Source: Octopus sinensis (taxonomy: Eukaryota). From it: a stretch of DNA of 34,203 nucleotides. The position numbers were made by a program, and so were the translations under genes. The notes under the pieces were generated by a model. That model ran no database searches. It was not told where the DNA came from and saw only the letters and a program-made list of their open reading frames with translations. This document shows, one piece after another, positions 32,758-34,203 of this stretch; within the stretch, counting starts at the first letter, position 1, and each line of letters starts with the position of its first letter. Location of the stretch: assembly GCF_006345805.1 (NCBI RefSeq), contig NW_021831921.1, forward strand, positions 1 to 34,203, written 5' to 3'.

Positions 32758-33437
32758 CCAATCCATTTCTGGACCGTATTGTAACTTGCGATTAAAAGTG
32801 GATTCTGTACAATAATATAACACTTCTTCGCAGTGGTTGGACCAAAATGAAACACTGAAAACCTTCCTTAAACCCGAGTTCTTCAGAAAGAAGATTATGG
32901 TGACTGTTTGGTAGTGTACTGCTGGAGTCATCCACTATAACTTCTTAAACCCGAAAAAACCATTACTGCAGAAACATACTGCCATGAAATTGCCAAAATG
33001 AACGAAAAGCTGCTACTCCTCCGTCCCAGACTGTTCAACAGAAGAGAGCCAATCATTCTCTATGACAATGTTCGACCATACATTTCACTAATGACACTCC
33101 AGAAGTTGAGAGAACTTGACTACGAAGTTCTTCCCCACCTAGCTTATTCTCCAGACCTTTATCCTACCAATAACCACTTTTTCAAGTTCCTTGATGGTTT
33201 CCTGCGACAGAAGGAGTTCAAAAATCAAACAGATGCTGAAAGTGTGTTCAAAGAGTTCATCAGCTCCAGAATTCCAGATTTTTATGTTACCGGAAGAAAC
33301 AAACTTGTAATTCGTTGGTAAAAATGTGTTGAATGTAATGATACTTACTTTGATGAATAAAGTTTCCGTATTGTTGTAATATATTGCGATGAATTTTAAT
33401 GTTTCAAAATGTTGCTTACTTTTTACTCAGCCTGATA
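32758..33437 (+). mobile_element. Mariner (DD34D) transposase C-terminal half plus 3' TIR, inactive
   Basis: PFLDRIVTCD*KWILYNN..KKIMVTVW*..GVIHYNFL..YDNVRPY..YSPDLYPTNNHFF..RW*KCVECNDTYFDE*; TIR-like gcttactttttactcagcctgata. Confidence 0.92.
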
Positions 33438-33864
33438 TATTAGTATAAATCTCTGAAAAATAATTGAATAGAAAAAAAAAAAAACTCAGAACACACAGGC
33501 ACATACTCTTTTATTAAATTATCGTCGTGGAATCTTTCAAAACTGACATTGTTTATCTTTGCCTTCTTTCAGTAATTGTTTTTACTTCAAATCTTGTTTG
33601 TTTTTCTGTTGTGTGATTTATCTCCCTTGAGTTACTCTTTATTTATATCTCAATTTTCTGACACATATATAATCTTTTTTAAAATCTTTTCCTCCTTGTT
33701 TCGAATTCGAAATATATACTTTCGTTTTTTTTTTTCTTCAAATTCTGCCTCTTTTGTTATTCTCCAACCTTTCACCCCTCTCTGTCTGTCTCTTTCTTTC
33801 TTTCGTCTTTATCGTTCTCTCAATGTCTATACCAGATTTATTTTATGAATTTTATGAATTTTCT

Positions 33865-34203
33865 CCCTCTTGTAGAGTTCTATCTTCTTCCTTTCGACTA
33901 CTCCTCTCTTACTAATATTATTTCATTCTTTTTCAGTCCTTCCTCAATATTTCTTTTCTCTCCCTCTCTTTATTCTCTCCCTCTCTGTTCCCTCTCTCTC
34001 TCTCTTTTTCTCCATACTCTCTCTCTCCACTTTCTCTCCCCTGTCTCCACTCTCTCTGTTTCCCCTTTCTCTCTCTGTGTCTCCCCTCATTCTTTCTTTA
34101 TTCTATCTCTCCCTCTCTATTCTCTCTCTGTCTCCACTCTCTCTGTTTCCACTTTCTCTCTCTCACGGTTCTCTCTCTCTATCTTTGTCTCCACTCTCTA
34201 TCC
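33865..34203. repeat. CT-rich low-complexity polypyrimidine tract
   Basis: Degenerate (CT)n repeats to the window end. Confidence 0.9.

Overview
AT-rich, microsatellite-dense eukaryotic DNA with no convincing host protein-coding gene; it is probably intergenic or deep intronic. The SINE families match my recollection of Octopus (coleoid cephalopod) repeats, but this assignment was not checked against a database. Nearly all of the supplied ORFs are artefacts of microsatellites or of the antisense strand of decayed transposons. Recognisable coding relics are all mobile elements: a Penelope-like (PLE) GIY-YIG endonuclease (10078-10737), an R4/Dong-type restriction-like endonuclease C-terminus (19185-19676), an RTE LINE 3' end (22630-22764), a Buster/Charlie-type hAT transposase fragment (28249-28660) and a mariner DD34D transposase half (32758-33437). 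About 20 tRNA-derived SINE copies of five modular types are present; the labels A-E and P1/P2 are my own. The main unexplained signal is RNA-structural. About a dozen type I hammerhead-ribozyme motifs occur, three essentially intact (12665-12755, 26088-26173, 32088-32176). Each intact motif has a minimal self-complementary stem III and an unusually long stem/loop II. At least eight fold-back inversions also occur, several carrying ribozyme motifs on both arms. This fits the known association of hammerheads with PLE terminal repeats, but the density and architecture merit testing. All folds were done by eye, and no search or folding program was run.
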